64,000 nucleotides of DNA from Marsupella aquatica (lineage: Eukaryota > Plantae > Marchantiophyta): positions 10,926,420 through 10,990,419 of the forward strand of contig OZ316892.1 of the NCBI GenBank assembly GCA_973895155.1, read 5' to 3'. The notes beneath the pieces are model-generated. The model was not told the origin of the DNA. It made no database searches and saw nothing but the letters and a program-made list of their open reading frames with translations. This document shows positions 40,201-54,232 of the stretch, in pieces. A program made the position numbers and the translations under genes. Every line of letters starts with the position of its first letter. Position 1 is the first letter of the stretch.

Positions 40201-42212
40201 TTGATATCTTGGTGGGCATCCTCATAGTTCGCAAACCACCCTATGCGTGGACAAAGTCCAATGCGTAAATAGACCAGCAGCAATGTGATTCCTTGCTCAT
40301 GCTTGTGTTTCTATGGCCCATAATATTACGTGCAAATTGATTTTAGCAAAAAGAAAGTCGAAATTAAAATCAACTCGTGGGAGGAAGCAGAAAGGCAAAC
40401 TAGTTTAGTCAATTTTGAGCATTTACATTAAAAACATTGAGGCTGTGCTTGTAAAAATTCATTGGAATGAAGTTGGACGTAGATCGCTAGATCTTTCCCA
40501 ATTTCTTGGACGGCAAGCCATCTACGTAAAATCTGTTATCTTGTACCTACCAAAGTTTCTGACATATTTAACTTTAATTTGCTACTGCCATTATTTGTCA
40601 TTGTCAAATGCATATGTATCTGACGTTATTTACATTGTTCATAGGCGAGCAAGTGCTGAGATTTCTCCCCAAGTGGATCATTTAGTAAGCACTGTAAGGT
40701 CAATACGTTCTTATTTTTCTTTTCAATTTTTGGAAAGCTCGTGCCAATCTATTAAACTTAGGAGAGTCAGGAGTTCATCACAGAGAATTATACTGAATCT
40801 GAGCATTTCCTGGTGTGATGATGCTCAGATTCAGTATAATTCGAGGGAGTACAAATCACCTCATAACGATCCATGGTCACATACATGCGCCCACCACCAG
40901 ATGCAATTTTTGCATCACATCCTTTCTTGCAAAGAGCTTGCAAATCCTTTTCCAACATCCCAAAGTGCTTTGTGCTTGATCCATCCGCACAGTCTCGGCC
41001 ATCTGTAAGGGCATGTACTCTTATTTTCTTGCATCCCCTATCTACACACCCTTTCATCAATTTTGCTAGCTGATCATATCTTGAGTGGACACCTCCATCA
41101 CTAACAAGGCCAATGAAATGCTGAGTTCCACCTGACTTCCATGCTTCTTGGATATAAGCAAAGCCTGGATCTTTGTAGAGCTTTCCCGATTTCAAAGCAG
41201 TGTCCACAAGACCAGCTCTATAAGTAAACAAAAAATATCACATGTAAGGGATCTAATGTTTAAACAAATGTTCTTTAATTTGTTTTTCACTAGACAATTT
41301 TACCTTCATTCAAAGCTACTTGTGCTTTTGTTTGACATAGGCAAAGTCAAAGGAGGTTCCATGAGTAGAGAGTATGACACATATGTACTCTTATGGTATC
41401 CAAGTATACCTATTAGTAAATGTCTCCATGTAATGATTTTAGCTAATCTAATGCAGCTTAGATCGAGGTTCAGACTTACATTTACGGTAAACTTTGATTG
41501 ACTGATATGTCTTATCCTCAAGTAAATAACCAAACCTTAGTACTAAGCTGAAGGATAATTATTTAAAAACTCAATTCCAATACCTTAAAAAGGAAATAAA
41601 TCATGCAATCCCATGATTCCAAATATTTTTATTATGCCTTAAGCACAACAAACTGAGAATTCAGTATCAATTACCTGTCATTTCAACAACATATGTTGTT
41701 GCTATTCTTTAAAAAATGGACGGAGAAACAAAGTTTTCTCTACTGACTCATCTGCATGAATCCCAAGGATATACCAGTCTTTTGTTGACATGTGCAAATT
41801 TCTCTACTTGAGATACAAATTGGCCCAGAACGGCACCGCAATCCATCTTAAACTAGGACCAGAGAAGCACATATTACCCTTGCTCGATAATTTTTCCAGC
41901 ACCCATGGCATTGTGGCCAACTTCGCTATTCCCCATATCATCATCAGTTGGGAGCCCCACTGCAGTTCCATGAGCTTTGATAGTCCTCCATCTCTTTGGA
42001 GCATGAGCTTTCAACCCAGAAATTGTAGGAACATTGGCCTTGAAAATTGCATTGTACTCGTCCTGCTTATTTTCTCCCCAACCATCCAAGATGCATACCA
42101 AGAGTGGAACTCCTCGTTTTAGAACGGGGTGTGGATTTAGCTTCCAATTTACTGACCTAATTGACATTCTCTTAACTACTTGGACAGAAGCCTCTTTACA
42201 TGAACAAGCCAT
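37206..42212 (-). CDS. iPGAM: 2,3-bisphosphoglycerate-independent phosphoglycerate mutase, 573 aa, 6 exons
   Basis: Exons 42212-41878, 41217-40860, 40116-39689, 39422-39137, 38187-38032, 37364-37206, all GT-AG and in frame (1722 nt). Motifs ILDGWGE, DMGNSEVGHNAMGAG, SDGGVHS, HALTDGRD, GGRMYVTMDRYE, SETQKFGHVTFFWNG, NGDMVGHTG, TADHGNA. Confidence 0.97.
39529..39606. repeat. Intronic hairpin/MITE with 21-bp perfect inverted arms
   Basis: tagcaaaataaaaaatgaatt ... aattcattttttattttgcta in iPGAM intron 3. Confidence 0.8.
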
Positions 42213-44174
42213 TTTGTTGTGTATATTGATGGGTCAGTGTCCAAATCCTTGTCAAGGTGGGTGTGCAATCTCTGAGTTATGGAAACTTCTTCCACATATG
42301 TCCATTGAATCTCGTAAGCTAAGAGTTATTGTGATGAGTAAGGATGCCTCCTCATAATATTTTGAGCTTTCCATAAGGCTTACCCTTTATTTCTGAAACA
42401 AGGTATTCCTGTCCAAATCAAACAAAGCAAAACAAGTCATTATACTGTAGTAATGTCCTTATCCAAGTTTGTGATGGATAAAGAAACTGGACCTCTTGTA
42501 AAGAAATACTAGTCAGGACACAAAAGCTCTACCTCTGATCATAGTGATGCCAAAATTATAGAAGTAGCTTGCTGATGTCGAATAGGAGGGTCAGGACCAC
42601 CTGAATAAGATTTTTAATTATAAATGAAACGATTGAGCATTTAATTAGTGTTCATGGGAGCTGCCGATGGGTAAATTACTGTACCACAAAACTTCCTAAG
42701 AAGACCAGAATAAGTGGTCATGTAGTAGAGTTGATAATCTGTGATGAATAAAATGCTTGATCGATGCTAGATACTATCATGAGTGAAACTCGAATCCTTC
42801 TGTCTTAAAATGATAAAACAAACACAGGTAGTCTGCATGAACATAAACGCTCTTACTGATTCCAGAACTCACATCTGCTAATTCTATTCCAAACTCATTT
42901 GAATCATCAGCAAGAAGTATTCACTAACAAACTTCAAGAGACATGGCCTTTGGTTGTGGCCTTTGGAAGAGGTTTCCTTTGAATACTTAGCATAGCACAA
43001 GCACTCTACAGTTAGGCCTTCTGTTTATGTGTTAGCATATTGTAAATATCATAATTCAAATGGATACAGTTAATGGTAGATGACCATTTGATATTCAGTC
43101 TTTTCTGGCACCACAATTCGATGGATGCCTGTCTATAGTTTCGAAGCAAAAACCGCTGCGATGTTTAATTGTAGATCTGATTGCGTCATTTAGTTGCATT
43201 CTCTCACGCCGTGTGTACACACTAAAGGCTTCCAACACCTTGGTTTGTTTACTTTTTTTCCATTGTGCGGACCGTCCCCTCAAACACTCATGCAAGTATT
43301 TGTCCCTATGAATATTTCCAGGCCATGCCGGTGGTCCCTATCAAATTAGGGTTCCCTGCGATGTCGGGTTGGTTTCATGAAGAATATTGCAGCCAAGTAC
43401 TCTTTCCCGCAGTCTTTCTACACCTGGCTACAAGGAAACGTTACTTTCATGTGTGCAGCTAAAGCTTATTAGGGGAATTCAAAGGTGATAAGGAACTAGT
43501 TAGTCACCTTATCATTCATGTTGAGTTGATCTGTATGTTTTGTTTTAACTTGCGCCTCCTGAATTCTCTATGCCCCTTTCATCTGGCAAGCTTTCCTGCC
43601 TTGCCCTTTCGGGGGTCCAGTGGACTCTAGAATTCATTTATTCATTCATTGCATCCTTCTTTCCACCTTGGCTGTCCTTCTAGGGGGACGGACTCATCCA
43701 CTTGGAGAGCACTGACGTTGCAATTTGGTAGTGGCACTTAATCCTTAACCGCATTTCCACTCGAAGAAAGAACCTCAGACGGCCAACCATGCAAGCAAAT
43801 GACGGTCAAAAGTGAGACAGCCACGACTCTCAGAAGAATGGAAATTACAAAAGTTGGGTCTGTTAGGAATATCTGCGTGCAATCCATGATTGTCGCATTT
43901 TCCATATCGGAATCATGTTTTGACGTGTTTTTGACATTTTCCTGTACATTGATCAAGAAGGGAGTTAGCAGGATGTTATTTCTTCAGCCGAATGTCAAAA
44001 TTAGTTTTCCACTAGAAAGAACCTTCACAATGAACCGCATTATATTCCGCTATACAAACCTTTCCCAATGCTGGAAAGTGCTTGTGGTAGATGAAGCATG
44101 GCTGCCACGTACAATTACGGCCAAACGAAGTGTAAGTTCTAACTTACAGTCGATTCTGCTGGAGATCCCATCAG

Positions 44175-47100
44175 TCACAAAGTTCTTGGTGATCGAACCA
44201 TCGCGATGAAAAATAATCCCATGGAGACTAGAAGAGAGAGCAACAGCAGAAATAGTTTTGTGTTGAAGTTGAGGTATGGACTTGCAAAGAATACGGCTGA
44301 TGTTCCTGCACTTTGCCAGATCTTCCATTGCGCGAAAGCCGCCTCCTGTACAAACTTCAGTCAAGCTACAGATAGACCTTATAATGGAAATGTAGCATAT
44401 TTTGCGTGAGGACGATGCCAGCATAAGAATGTAAAGAGAAGCAGACTGGCTCAAAACAAGAGTAGGCAGAAGAGAATGTTGATTTGTTCCTCACGATGTC
44501 TTCAGGATAGTATATGCCCAACAAAGCGCTGAACTGTGTATGGATTGTTGCATCACCCAGTCCCCATAGTACGGCTGCTGCAAGAATCATAACAAAGTTG
44601 ACCAGCTCGTTGCTGCTGTACCTGGAGCACACGTAATCTATAAATCAAAAGGCAGCCAGCTGTGGTAGTAATAAAGAACGAAAGGATTAAAAGCAGCGAT
44701 GCGCTGAACCAGGCACCCGTCACTTACATTTCTTTTAAAAATAACCCACACATAACAAGAATCTGGCAGAATGCTCCCCCACAGAGTATGAAACTAACGG
44801 AGATCAACCCCGATGAATTTCGACCAGCAATGTATGATCCCTGCGTGAAGTGTCATGTTTATGCAATTAAATTTGACAGATCTCATTTCGAGCAATTTTA
44901 CGTTATTTTTTACGCCTAATGGCCCTATGCTGTGGATATTCGTCAACGTTCAGTAATGGATCATTAAAACAACTGAGTGCTTCCATTCAGTGTGTTGCAT
45001 AGAATTACAGTTCCATAGAATAACATAACATCACGCTGAAATTCGGTACTGGCACTCACCACAGCATCGGCAACTCCATACGCAGCCATGATTCCACCAA
45101 CCCAAGACAATCCGAGGGATGGTGTGATTACATCTCTTGTAAAATCACCCCTGTGTGATCAATGAACTGTCAGATCCTTGTTTTCAAGCTGTCGGGTGGT
45201 TAAATACTTTCATGATCACAGGCCGCTGAACCGTTACCGTTGAATTGAAGCTTTCATTTGCGTCATACAATTAAAGAAACGAGCGATAATACTTCCGCTT
45301 AGCGACAATACTTAAAGTAAAGAAGTATCTTCGGAAATTCAGAAAAGAGAAAATGGGACCCAACAGACACACACCATGCGAAAGCCTGCTGCATTCCTGT
45401 GTAAAAACAAGGAAATATAAGTAGCAGCATCTTCTTCTCAGAAAGAAGCCTAAATAAGGCTTTTCCCAATCCCGGATGGGATGGGGTAACAGCATCGCTT
45501 CTGCTTGATGGCAGAGGGATCGTCTCTGTATGTGGTTTTAGGAGACAGACCAGTATTGTACCAATGGCCATACTCCCAAGGAATACAACAAATAATATTG
45601 TGGCAGGGCCAGATGACGAGTCAGACGAAGCATCCGGTTCCTACACTCAAAAGAGATAAAGAAATCACAATTTTGCCTGCTCCCACGTCTTGCCCAAATT
45701 TCTGCACTAGGACCATATGAGCTGACAATGGAGTGAGAAAGTATTTAAGTCTGTTTATGAAGACAAACAGAGCAGACTGTAAAATTGATGCTGCCCAAAA
45801 ATGCGGGAAGGGTAGCAGGTCTTAGTAGAAAAATGCAGTTGACATGGCCATACACCGAGCCCACTGCATTTGATCCTCCTTGATATTGAAAACATTCACA
45901 GCCTAATGCGCCGGATTGAGAGTTAGAGGATGACAGGTAAATCGTTTTTCTTTTGTCATTTCTAAAAGATTACCGCAGAAACATCAAGTGGTTTTAGTCT
46001 ATGGTCTCAGTGTGGTTCAAGGAAATGCTGACCGAGACCATCGTTATAGGCTACCTTCTGCTAAAGAGAAACTTTCCATGAAGAAAAGTTCAAAACAACT
46101 TCGCGAAGGAAAGGAGACCACAATTCACCGGAAGACTCACCATTCCATACCGAAGAAGAAACAGAGTGAGGATATTGCCCACAACCTGGGAATATCACAG
46201 TGGAACGAGTCATCTTTGAACGACTCTGGCTTTTGAGTTAACGAGCACTTATGATTCTATTTCAAGCTACTTGGGTTAGCAGTCATTAGTTAACAGTGCG
46301 AACTTACCTGATTTGATTGATAAATTCCCCAGAACTCCCCATTGAATTTCCCAAGCGCAGTAGCTTCTGCAATATCACAGGCTGCAGCGTGTTTCTTTGC
46401 CGCAAAAGTTAAATATGTCCCCTACAAAGGACCAGACAGGATACACTTCAGTAGTGCCAAGGAGGTAGTAACCGGCACGAAGAAAAACCTTGCTTTTAAA
46501 ACTTGGGCGGAGGCCAGATCCACCTCGTGAGGGGATAATTACCTCAGCAATCCATAGCACAGAAGCAGTGAAACCAAGAAATACTGCAGCTGGTATGAGT
46601 GTGTACCTGTCAAAAATAAACAAGTCAACTCCTGAGATCAGAACAGTATTGAGAACAGTTCGGATTCGGAACATTCACACATTGCATGTTGGGCCTCGCA
46701 TTCCTGCCTGCGTACCAAAGCAGCTTTATCAACGACTATCTGAATTTTTGTAACTACTAGGACCACAACCTCGTCATGACCCTCGAGGTTGAAGTGTCCA
46801 TGATAGAATAAGTGGTATAGGAAACCCTTGTGGACAAAATACAATACCCCCACAATGATATTTCAGAAGACAAATCTCTGTTCATACGTGTGCTCCTTTT
46901 GATCCCTAAACTTGAGAGTGAATCGTCAGACGTATTTGATGAGACAACAACCGAAAGAGTGCTGTGACTTACGATTAGGGCAAGATGGGCCTCTGACTTA
47001 CCAGGACGGGAACATGTTTGCCACGATGAAAGCCCAATAACCCGAAACACCCAAAATGAGTGAATTTTTGGAACCAAGCCGCATGACCACAATCGATGCT

Positions 47101-47753
47101 ACAAGGGACGAAAGTGTAACCGACAAATACAAAACACCCAACGCTGCCGACCCTAGACCCTGGTCCTGCAAAAGCACTCCACCTGTCGTTAGTCTGAATG
47201 CAGGATACGTGCAGCAGTGTTGCCAAAATCTGCAACCAGTGCAAGCACAATATTCTGGTGCTCTTTAAGGGAGATTGATGTTGAATTTTTTGATGCTACA
47301 GCTGATGTTTTGGCAGCGTCTGTATCTGCTAGCGAACTCCACTCAGATTTTAAGTTTATGAAGTTTTTCTTTTCCAAATGGTAGTTCTCATTGCGTATGC
47401 ATTTCATGCGGAAAAGTCTTGATGCAGTGTGTAACCATTCATAAAACACGAAGGGATTTAAGTAGTGCCCATACTGTGTTGATGCTGCTCTCCAAATTCT
47501 GCACCGCACTGTACGCGAGAAACACGAAGAGGAAGGAAAAGCTCAGCGTGTACAAATCCTTCAAGTATGGACTCCAATTTGCATTTCTTGAATCTGATCG
47601 TGTCAAGATGGGCACATCATCCCGCCCTTGCCCGGGTTCCAAGTGGCTCGGTTTCCGAATCAGGGGACGACGAAGCGCTTTCGTTTCTGCATCGTCGTCC
47701 AACTCATTACCCTCATGGTAAGGAGAGTGGTAAGGAGAGTGTTCACGAGCCAT
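44175..47753 (-). CDS. UNC93: UNC93-like MFS transporter / ion channel regulatory protein, 477 aa, 10 exons
   Basis: Exons 47753-47475, 47165-47002, 46606-46543, 46421-46308, 46185-46141, 45640-45375, 45150-45060, 44840-44728, 44621-44495, 44345-44175 (1434 nt, GT-AG). Motifs FLFVFLAYSAVQNLESSIN, LGFTASVLWIAEGTYLT, GKFNGEFWG, YTGMQQAFAWGDFT, EAAFAQWKIWQS. Confidence 0.94.
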
Positions 47754-49331
47754 GGTTAGGAGAAGACCCGAGAGGATAGAGCTGCTTCAAGTCGTCCAGA
47801 TGGTCCACGCTACAAAACGGACAAAACTTAGTTGGCTCCACTTATTTAAGCTCGACGCTCCTCCTTGAAGTCCACAATTGAGCTCTAAGCCCGGAAGCAA
47901 TTCTCCACTCTGTTCCACCACGAGGAATCAATTCTCTTCCCTCGAGAATGCGTGGTTGAAGAGTGACAAGTTGTAAATAGTTCCCCGGCCATACAGCCTC
48001 TTTGTTTCGCAAAGGAGAACAAGAGAAGACGATCGACCGATAGATAACATTCGGCAGCAATGAGGGAATCATGATGACGTCTATCTGTCCTTCATTGTTC
48101 CACAAAAGCCAAGGCGAATGAAGGTTTCATTTATACAAATCGTTTCAAGGACCACCCTATGCCGTATTCCCACCAACCATGTAGACCAGAAGGCGTCCCA
48201 TAGCTTGCCCATTTGGAAACAGACCGGGAAGGTCCGAAAGAGTCGGTACAGAGATATCAAGCAACAAAGCTCGAATGACGGACGGGTAGATTTTTTATGG
48301 TACAAAGAGGAGAAAGGAATGGTTGATGACGTGATCGAGAGACCACATTACTTTTCGAGGGTGGTCCTCGCCATGCGAGAGGTCAGTGCATCGCTAAAAA
48401 CTGCCACGAAAGGCCGATTTCACTTAAACTGCCGCTGAGCGTTCTGACCCAAACAAACTCTCGGAGCTGAACATCCCGGAACAGAGTACGATAGTGGCGT
48501 AGATGGACGACATGCAAAATTCCTAGAAATTAGACGCACCGCATTGCCACAACGGGTCATCGGGTATGCTTATGCACAATCACTACTCGCAGTCTTCCGC
48601 AACATCCCATAGATTAATACTAAGGCCTATCTACCAAATGTCTCCCATAAACCCCGAGGTCTTGTCTTCAACTTAAGTTACGTGCGGACTAAACACAATA
48701 AGTTTTTTACCATATATCTTTCTTCACACAAGTAGAACCTTCACTCATCTGTACGAACCATTTCACTCGTTTGCTAAAATCAGCATTATACCGTTGGCAG
48801 CCTAAATAGGCCAGACGCATCAAGAGAAAGGGACGGCACCAAAAGGCTCAATCTAAAAGAACATCTTCCTGAGATACAAAGCCAATACCTTCATAAGTAT
48901 GACAGAAAGAGGGTGTGAAAATGCAGATCTATTCAAATTCACAACGGAAAAGAAAGCGGAGGTGATAGAATTCAATGTGACATATCGAGGACTTGATCAT
49001 CTCGAGCAAATCCAGCTCGGTCGGCATTCCTAAATTTGCATTCAACTTTATTCATACAACCTTTTCCTGCAATGTCAGTTACATCATGTGAACCTGTGAT
49101 GCAAGCCTGATTATACATTATACACAACCATCATGCCGCTCGCTAGGAAAAAAGTAGAATGAGATCTTTACCTCCCATAAATTGTTGTAGACTGTGCCAA
49201 CTGGAGAAAGTACAGTAGGTGCTTGGCCAACTAACCTAAAAAGATTTTACCCTCCGAGTGCCCTGCCTCTTCATTTCATTGTTTTTGCTGGTGAACAGGA
49301 AGGGTAGAGGAGAGTCCAGGACGTGGCAGTT

Positions 49332-49908
49332 GAATGAAGGGAGTCTTAAGTAGGGCGTCTCAAACTTTAAGACCCTTGAATGAAGGAGTCTTCAGTAGGG
49401 CGTCTCAAACTTTAAGACAGTGGAACTTTAAGACCATTGAATAAAGGAGTCTTCACTAGGGCGTCTCAAACTTCAAGGCCGTGCACTGTGTCACGGGCAC
49501 GTGATCGGCCCAAAGTGCGCCCGCACCTAAGGCCGGGACCACCTTTTTGGGCATGCAAAAAGTGGGGTGGCAATGTTTGAGACGTGCTGTGAGCCTGAAC
49601 TGTCACGGGTTTAGCATGGGTTAAGGAAATGAAATCCCGCTCACTTTCGTTTGAACGCCTGCGCCGACTTTTATCTGCACAGAAACCTTGTTTCTTTCGA
49701 TGAGTGGAGAGCATTTTCAAAATTGAGCGTCTCAAACCAAACCTCCTCTCCTTTCTGCCTCCGGTCGTGGTCAGCAATGAATTCCTGGAAATAAAAAGTG
49801 GCGGAGATGAAACTCCTGACCCATGACCAAAACTGGTAGTTTTGGGTGTAAATTTGGGCGTCTTTTGAATTCCCACAAGTTCAAGGTTTGAGACGCCCTA
49901 ATAAAGAG
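49332..49908. mobile_element. MITE-like element with triplicated left terminus
   Basis: ta-gggcgtctcaaac (49457) ... gtttgagacgccc-ta (49900). The unit ggagtctt.agtagggcgtctcaaactt occurs three times in 49332-49475; internal cgtctcaaac copies near 49576 and 49728. Confidence 0.65.
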
Positions 49909-49929
49909 CCTAGTGACAAAAGTTAGTTC

Positions 49930-51480
49930 GAGTACCCCTTGGATATTGGAATAGATTTGAACATTGAGATAGTCCCTTGCATATTGAAATTGGTTGAATA
50001 TAGTGATGGACCTCGCCACCCAGCGCCCTCACCAATCCCGACACCCACGCCTAAGTGCCCCTGGTGCCCAAACGCCTCCACGGAATACCTCGAACAAGCA
50101 CCTTGGTGTCCCTTGCACCACCCGCGGCCACTCCCATACAAAGCCGCACTTGCTCTCCAACTCGACTGTTACTCAATGGTCCTCACAGCCTGCACAAACA
50201 ACCAAGCACCTCAGTAAGTAATGCTTGAGGATCTAGAACCCCCAAGTCTAGCATCCTAACTCAAGCTCAACAGAAATTGGTAAATAGGTCAGCGATAGGT
50301 CCTCCCGATGCCATAAGTCGGAACCACGCCCACTGTTCGTCCAAAACAGCTCCTTCCTTGGGCGCGGCCCGGGTTCCCCCTCGTACCTATCCATCACCAA
50401 CTAACCGCCCTGACCCCAGGACATGTTCATGGCCCAATAGCGTAACTTGTCCTAAAGCTTGTCCCAAGCTTGTCCCAACACGCCGAGACCAAAATGGCCC
50501 TGACTCTGGCAACCAACTCCCGGTTTGCCCCACTGATGGTCTAGGGGCCAAGCACCCTTGGAACTCCTCCATGCCTACTTGGCCTTTCCTCCCCAACACA
50601 AGCTCCCTTGGGAGACTAAACGCGGCTTGGTTGCTGTTTCGGTAGGATTTGGCAAGCGGGCGAGATAACACCAGCAAACCCCGAGAACCCATGGCGCCCC
50701 CAGACCCAGATGAGCTCAGGAAGACATGGTCCTCCTTGAGATCTTTCCAACGCACCCAAGAAGTCCTCCAACGGACTTCCCATTGGGAAGATATCATTGT
50801 TTCCGTTTGACGGTTTCCCTTAGTGTCGTGATCGCCGCAGCTCACGACTTCGGCTCGCCCTTAGCCCCTAGGGAGACACCACTCCCGTCATACATGCGTC
50901 TGGATACCTCTCACCCCCGGACCAGCTTTGGTCCCTAAACTTTTGGCCCCCAACCCGAACCCTATCACGCATAATGGGCGCGCCACCAACTGGCAACGAC
51001 CATAACTTTCTCGTTAGGCGTCCGCGAGTGGAATGTCTTAGCCCGTTGTGATCGGGCCGACCCAGTGCTCATGCCTAGGCCCTCGGGTCTCATCGCCGCT
51101 TGGGGTCCCTGATCGGTCAAACCCGGATCAGGCCGTAACTCGCGCCCCAAGCGTCTGTTGCCCATGGCATCAACTCCATTGGCCTTGGGCCCAAGAGGAG
51201 CTCACACTCAAACCCTCAGAACTCAAAATCCGTCCGGGGTCCGGACGATCAACCTTGAGCCCGGCCCCTTTTCCCCTTGACCCGACCAGCTCTCAGCTAG
51301 CCTAAGTGCTTAGTGTGTGTCACCAGCTTGGCGCCTTGCCTTCACCAGTGCCACGTTTCATTGCCCGCAAGTATCCCCATGTTAAGACCTCCCCGGATGG
51401 CCTATCCGGGCTTGGACCATAAGGGAGCTCGGCGTCGGAGTCAACGACGCCGGAGCTAAGTGTTAAGGTAGTCGAGTTCC
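49930..51480 (-). mobile_element. GC-rich decayed repeat, possibly a LINE ORF1/ORF2 junction
   Basis: Abrupt GC-rich block; the minus frame STNFNMQG is loosely like an APE start (S.N.RG). Identity uncertain. Confidence 0.25.
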
Positions 51481-51547
51481 GCGACTAATATGGAGACAAG
51501 AGGACAAAAAGATGAGTATTCATGGTAAGAGTCCTTGCAAAATGTTA

Positions 51548-51715
51548 TATAGTAGTCAAAGGTTTTTTCAAGGTTCTAGCTTATGTTTGTTTGGTATTCC
51601 TCTATCCAGAATAGTTGAAGTGAATCTTGAGTTCCTTTAGTATTCCTTTGTCCATAGTAGTCAAAGGGTATCTTATGTTCCTTTGGTATTCCTCTGTTCT
51701 TAGTAGCCAAAAAGT
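51548..51715. repeat. Degenerate ~46-bp tandem repeat (~3.5 units)
   Basis: Repeated gttccttt(g/a)gtattcct.tgt.c.tagtag.caaa. Confidence 0.7.
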
Positions 51716-52025
51716 TTCTTAGGTTATATTGGTAAATGTTTGAGTAGCTAAAGAGTTTCTTTCCACTCATGGTTATTTACAAAATTTGCCAATTAAATAG
51801 AATTTTTTTAATAATTTATTAAAATACACTAAATATCAACCGCAACCCATCCAAAGGTTATTTTGTTTTACCCTTTTGTACCCTGTCTTTGTTCATTTGA
51901 ATTAATTTTCATTGTATTTATAGTTCTAGGGTCGAACTGTTTTCTATACCTTGCCTCAAGCTCATATAGTTTAGTTTGATTCTTCTTGCATAACTAGTTC
52001 AGATTGCTTGTGACCAACCGTGCAT

Positions 52026-52285
52026 GAGGCTGCACATGCTTCTAGAGAACTTGAAAGAAGCTCCCATGGGAGTCCATAACTAAGGCTCCAGTAAGAATTG
52101 ACACACTTAGTTATCGTAATGATGTAATCTTAGAATGTAATTTTTTGTATTTGTACAAATTTGTGAGACAATAGGCCTAATGTGGCTGCACGTGCTTCTA
52201 GGGATTTTGGAAGGAGCTTCCCATGGGGGTCCATGACTAGGGCTGAGGTAAGAGTTGACTCACTAAGTTATTGTAATGTTGTAAA
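52026..52285. repeat. Diverged tandem duplication, ~156-bp period
   Basis: ggctgcac.tgcttctag.ga...cccatggg.gtccat.acta.ggct...gtaaga.ttgac.cact.agttat.gtaatg occurs twice. Confidence 0.8.
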
Positions 52286-53598
52286 CCCCTGTATTGTTTT
52301 GTATTAGTAGAGATGACTGAGGCATTACTGTGCAAGTGAGACACTTTATCCATGTGCCAGCCTGGCTTGGGTATTCTCACATTTGAATGAGAATACATGA
52401 TTGTAAGGCGCAAACCATGGCAGAGAATAGTTTTGCATTGTAAAAGTGTGAAGAATGTTTCAAAGATTCACTTGGGGCACAGTGCCCTCCGGGATTACAT
52501 CCCACTACCCCCTCTTGGGGATGGATTACCTTACGCCTTGACCCCACTCTTCCCTTTTTAAGAGGAAACTTCCCATGAGCATGCACAACTGACCTGCAGG
52601 CACTATTTACCATGCCCTGGGCATTGTGTACTTGATTGCCTTGGGAACAAGGAGTTAATACTATTTAAATTTTAAAAGATTTTTCACTGCTAATAAATTC
52701 ACACACTTGAAGACAGTTCCAAATTACAGGCAAGCTGAAATCTTATTTTCTTTACCAAGAGACAAGAAGAGTACAACTCTCAAAATGGTCTTGCACTAGC
52801 ATCCTCTTAGTTATAATAGACAAAGAGAAGATCTTGAAGGGACATGAGAAAACATTTAGATTTCTACACTACTACAAGCATGGCAGGTGGGGAAAACATG
52901 TGGAAACCACTTGAATGAGATATGTTGGTCTAGCTCACGTAAGCAAGGGATTGGCCCTGCTAGTGAAAGGCCTCAGATTCAAATTCCCCTCATCCATGCT
53001 GAGGGGTGTAGAGGGTACAAGAGTGGATATGGGGTAACTATGTAGTGTGGAAGGTATGTTGGATTCTCCGGCTGGGTGCATGTCTATGCTCTCTGGTGAA
53101 ATCTCTACATTCTCCTACTACAGGACCATGACTCTATTAGGGTTCCTATGATCCTTCCCCGGGGGGATCAGTTTGGGTGAAGTTGGTCTTACAATATCCC
53201 ATATCTAGGTATCTAGCCAAGTTTTTTTTAGTTTGTGGACCCTTTCTTTCATGGTTGTGAGCAAACTAATACCACGACTAATACATATGCTCCCACAAAG
53301 GTTGTCAGTTGGAGTTCATTTTCCATGCCTGGCTCAAGCACCACTTGTCTCACCACAGATGTAAACTGAGCAAATCCCCTTCAACCTTATTACGCAGGCC
53401 TCAATGTCACATGGTGGCACTTCAAGCTAAACATTTCCAACAACCATTGACATGAGCTCACAATCAAGCTCATGAATTGGCTTGACAGGCAAGAGACTTA
53501 GTCTACATTATGGCATTGGTCACACTTTTGTGTTGGGCCATAATTAGCGTGAAATGAGAAAATGATATTTATTATGTTAATTGAACCTAGAGAGACAT

Positions 53599-53717
53599 GG
53601 CCGTGTGGTAGCTCACTTGGGTTGAGACTCATAGGTCTAGAGTTCAAATGTTGTGCCTGACTATCCCTTTCTGTGGGGTTTTACAGATTTCCCCTTCAAT
53701 GTTAAAATGAAAAAAAA
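53599..53717 (+). mobile_element. tRNA-derived SINE-like element
   Basis: A-box-like tagctcacttgg, B-box-like gttcaaat, A-rich tail; its 3' body is repeated at 14204-14292 (-). Confidence 0.55.
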
Positions 53718-54232
53718 TTTGAAAATTGAACCTAGATTTGCAACCCCAAATGTTTTCCCACCTCCAGCTTTAACCTTCGACCCTTTTTCTTTTTCTTTGT
53801 TGCTAATTTCCTTCAATCTCTTCCATCTGATTAGTTACATGAGGGTCACTTGAAATCTAGGCAGCAATTAAAAAATTCAACCCAAACAGGCTTGAGACAA
53901 TAATATTATGGCTGCAAAACTCATTTGCGGGCTATTTTTTATGACATACCCCAAGTGTCACACAAACAACATCATGCAAACCCCAAAATAAAAACTAACT
54001 ATCTTAAAGTACTGTAGGTTTACAGTGCCCACTTTCATAGTTAATTATGAATTTTTGATCCAACTCATTCATCAATCTAAGAAATTCAATGGCATGTATC
54101 TTGTCTTGTGATTGTTGTGTACCGTCCCCCAGGTCCTATTTCTTTTCTTCCAACCCATCACGCACAAATAAGTGTGGGGTTTTTTATTGGGTATAGTGAA
54201 AGACTTTCTCAATAGTGGATTAGGGGTTTTTC

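Noticed and set aside
40415-41008. 197-aa plus-strand ORF
   Set aside because: Antisense to an iPGAM exon and intron; no recognisable motif.
51426-51457. GC hairpin as a Helitron 3' end
   Set aside because: No CTRR terminus at the expected distance.
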